Source of the DNA: Macrostomum lignano
Lineage: Eukaryota
Assembly: GCA_002269645.1 (NCBI GenBank)
Contig: NIVC01001268.1
Coordinates: 19,609-83,608 of the forward strand
DNA: 64,000 nucleotides
Reading direction: 5' to 3'
The notes under the pieces were generated by a model. That model worked only from the letters and a program-made list of their open reading frames with translations, ran no database searches and was not told the DNA's origin. Shown here one piece after another: positions 61,116 to 64,000 of this stretch. Positions within the stretch are counted from its first letter, which is position 1, and the number at the start of each line of letters is the position of its first letter. A program made the position numbers and the translations under genes.

Positions 61116-62323
61116 CTGAAAATCAATATTGTGAATTTTGCACCATCTCGAAGATACAATGCCAATCTTGTTACTAAGGCTGCCTCAGTGAGATTCACTC
61201 ACGCGACTGATGATTCAATATGATCCTCTTTAAATGATAATACCCCTATTGGGATCAATAAGTGGTCTGAGAATTACATGAAGTGAACTCCCTTTGCTAT
61301 GTGCTAAACGGAGCGCATTTAGATGCCTACTACAGGAAATGCTAAACTGTAAGTGCAAATTTAATTTGCTCGCTAAAGGCAGGGTTTCCGATTGGAGAGA
61401 GAACACCGATCAAGCCGGTCAAAGATTGATTAAAAAAGTCCACAGTTCATTTAGAATTGATTTGAACAAAGTAGCAATTTGATCTGTGCAGCCACGGATG
61501 GCCAAGGAGACTTTGATAATCCTCCATCTAAAGTACAAGTTTGGAAACTATAAGCAACGAATTCACTGCTCAACTCTATTAGCTAATTCACTTACCAAAG
61601 CTGCATTTTGACCAGATTACAGGACTGGGGTCTCCTCAGGTAGAATTCTATAAGCTTGGTCTTGACAACGAGAGCTTTGCAAGTAAATAGATTAAGTAGA
61701 CTGCTGTCTAGTTAGAGAGAGGGTCCAAAATGGAGGGTAGAGGGAGGAGGGAGGGTGGCATGGAACACATTGGAGTAATGCACGGGGCGGGTGGCCAGTC
61801 CTCTCTACCCGCATTTACCCTGCGCAGCACCAACCCCAGTGAGCGGCAGAAAGGCAGAAAACTGCATGCACAACTGTACAATACGGAAACAAGAGCTATA
61901 TGTATAGCCTTTATGGCGGATAGCAGAAAAAGCAAAAACTCTAAAGTACGTTTTTGTAATCGGGTCTGATATGGGTTCGGCTGAATTTGAAAAATGAAGA
62001 CGAGATGAGAGCGACGCTACTAAAAGCGCTGCTGGTTTTGCAACGATATTGTAGCCTCTACGCCAAAGCACGTGACAACTGCTTTAGGGTATGAGAGCTC
62101 TTTAGTGCTGGAATGTACGCCAAAGATATGGTACCTTGTTCAGACTTCTTTCCCTAGATGCACACTGTGTCAGACAGTGGTTAGGGCATGTGAATAAAAA
62201 TGAATAATGTGACAACCTCAAAATTGGGTTGCAGAAAATTACGCCAGTTTTCCAGCGTTAAGATTTGCCTAGTAGCGAAATCATTGCTGTAGGGCGATTA
62301 AATTAAACGAGAACTCCCTGTCC

Positions 62324-64000
62324 ATGGCCGAAGGTTCTGAGCCAGGGTAAGAAATAAAACCAAAATTAACGCTTTTATCGAACTGTTTAAGCCATGTAAA
62401 AGTATTATTAATACTTTCAGATTTCAAATTGACTTAAATATAACAAACTTGCTTTTGCTTGCGATTCATTTTGGGATGTTCTAGGAATCGCTTTTGCCGC
62501 CTCAAAAAGACTCTATAGTCCTTGAGCTTGTCCCAAGTGAATGTTGCATAATCTTTAAGTCCTTGCCGATACCGTTGAATTGATCAAATCTTGCACCATT
62601 TCGTAGGCTCTACGACGAGAAATGGGACAAAGTAAAGCTCCTCAGTCGAGGAGAGTTCGGCGAAGAGGTGCACGAGGTGCGGACCGACTTGAAGAATGTC
62701 TGCGCCGCTAAAACCATCCGCCTTCCAGTCACCGAATCGCATCAGGAGTCGGGAGACTTAAAGAACATCGATCGCGTAGTGAAAACAACTCAACAGCTTT
62801 GCCGTCTGCGTCACGACAATATCATCCGTTTCTACGAAATCAAGCACAAGCAGTCGGAGTCAACCGTTGAGGTTCTGATGGAGCTGATCACCGACAAGAC
62901 ACTCGGCGAGTTCATTGGTAGTAAATGTCTGCCGGAAAAAGAAGCTAGGATTTTGTTAAAGCAGGTGAGTGATGATATTGAGCACATTGATCGTAGTATA
63001 ATATCTCGAGATTACTTGCCTACTACTGACGGGGCGCAGGCGCCGCGATTAGGCAGCGAGTCCTCTATCGCAACCTCAAGGTAAAGGAGACCAATGTTTA
63101 ACTTGAGGGTGCGCCCAGCCCCCGCCAGTAGTCGACAAGTTTGCAGAGGAGGCATCGGCATCGGCGACCCTCATCTCCGGGCCGATATCCCGGACAAAGG
63201 CGCGAAGGTCACAGATGTTGTCTGTCTCCCTGAGAATGCAAATCTCCCTGAGGTCGGTTCTGTTTTGCGAGATCAGATATTCCGAGACTTTCCTGTTTAG
63301 ATTATAAGCATAACAAAGCGGGTCTGCCTGTACTCGGCGCAACTGTTACAAAGGAGCTGGTGTTGCTGGTGGAGCAACTCCTGCTAGTATGACGGGTGAT
63401 TTTCGACCTGGGCATGGGTGTAGCCTCACCAAAAGGTGGCTGCCGTCAGGGTTGCTGAACACCTTGGCGAGAGAATCCGCGAGCTTGTTACCCAGGATAT
63501 TTCTGTGATCGGGTGTCCAGGTGATTTATAATAGTTTTAAAGGACTGGAGAGAAATTGAGAACGACTAAAATGACTATTGTAGTCTATAAAAACTGATAA
63601 ACTACGAGTACGAACTTCTTAACGAATTAAAAAGAATATGAAGACTTCCAAGACTTCGAAGCCTTATCTTCTTATTTACCACAGCTAACTGCTATGCACT
63701 CTTCCAACCTAAAAAAACCTTGCATCGTCGCGCTTGTAGGTCTGCGACGCTCTCCGCTATTTGCATTCGGAGACGCCCGACAAGCCGTGCGTTATTCACA
63801 GGCAGATCAACCCCAGCACCATTGTGGTGTCAGCTGATGGGCGCAGGGCTAAGCTACTGACTTCGGATTGGCCATCCTGCTGGTCAGCGCCAAGGCGCAT
63901 CACCTCTCTGTGCTACGCGGCGAACGCACTACATGGCTCCCGAGCTGTTTCTGACCAAAGAGACCGAGGAAACGCTTTACAGCTGCGCCTCGGACATCTG
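62324..64000 (+). pseudogene. Divergent kinase paralog (pseudokinase or pseudogene), exons 62324-62346, 62607-62964, 63740-window end
   Basis: Same intron positions and phases as the minus-strand kinase (phase 2 before the N-lobe, KQ| phase 0). AAKTIRLPV, LRHDNIIRF, MEL, YLH, HRQINPSTI, DFGLA, YMAPELFLT, YSCASDIW. Two single-base frameshifts at ~63857 and ~63928 are needed to keep DFG and MAPE in frame; these could be assembly errors. Confidence 0.72.

Noticed and set aside
61203-61266. Alternative upstream exon for the kinase gene ending GC|GTGAGT
   Set aside because: Phase-compatible, but no compatible start could be traced upstream; 61596-61606 is simpler. The 5' end remains unresolved.

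Overview
Eukaryotic (metazoan) genomic DNA. The style (GC-rich exons, short genes whose introns are each filled by their own minisatellite, CAG-rich low-complexity coding) suggests a free-living flatworm such as Macrostomum; that assignment is inference only. Genes reconstructed by hand from GT-AG sites and exon phase: a SWI/SNF BAF60/SMARCD gene (+, 589-10369), an RNF38/RNF44-type RING-H2 ligase (+, ~15311-17852), two intact tandem MATE/SLC47 transporter paralogs (-, 20140-29228 and 36193-45269) and a small secreted PAN/apple + LamG-like protein (-, 49652-51847). The highlight is a minus-strand gene (56549 to ~61115/61606) whose exons join in matching phase into one ~1080-aa chain: protein kinase - catalytically dead caspase - ankyrin repeats - caspase with an intact His/Cys dyad. 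A divergently transcribed kinase paralog (+, 62324 to window end) sits head-to-head with it. Mobile DNA: a hAT transposon with TIRs and 8-bp TSD, a mariner nested in a Ty3/gypsy RT, three Ty3/gypsy remnants in MATE introns and a Penelope-type GIY-YIG remnant. Most long ORFs in the supplied track are tandem-repeat artefacts. All exon structures are predictions without transcript evidence.
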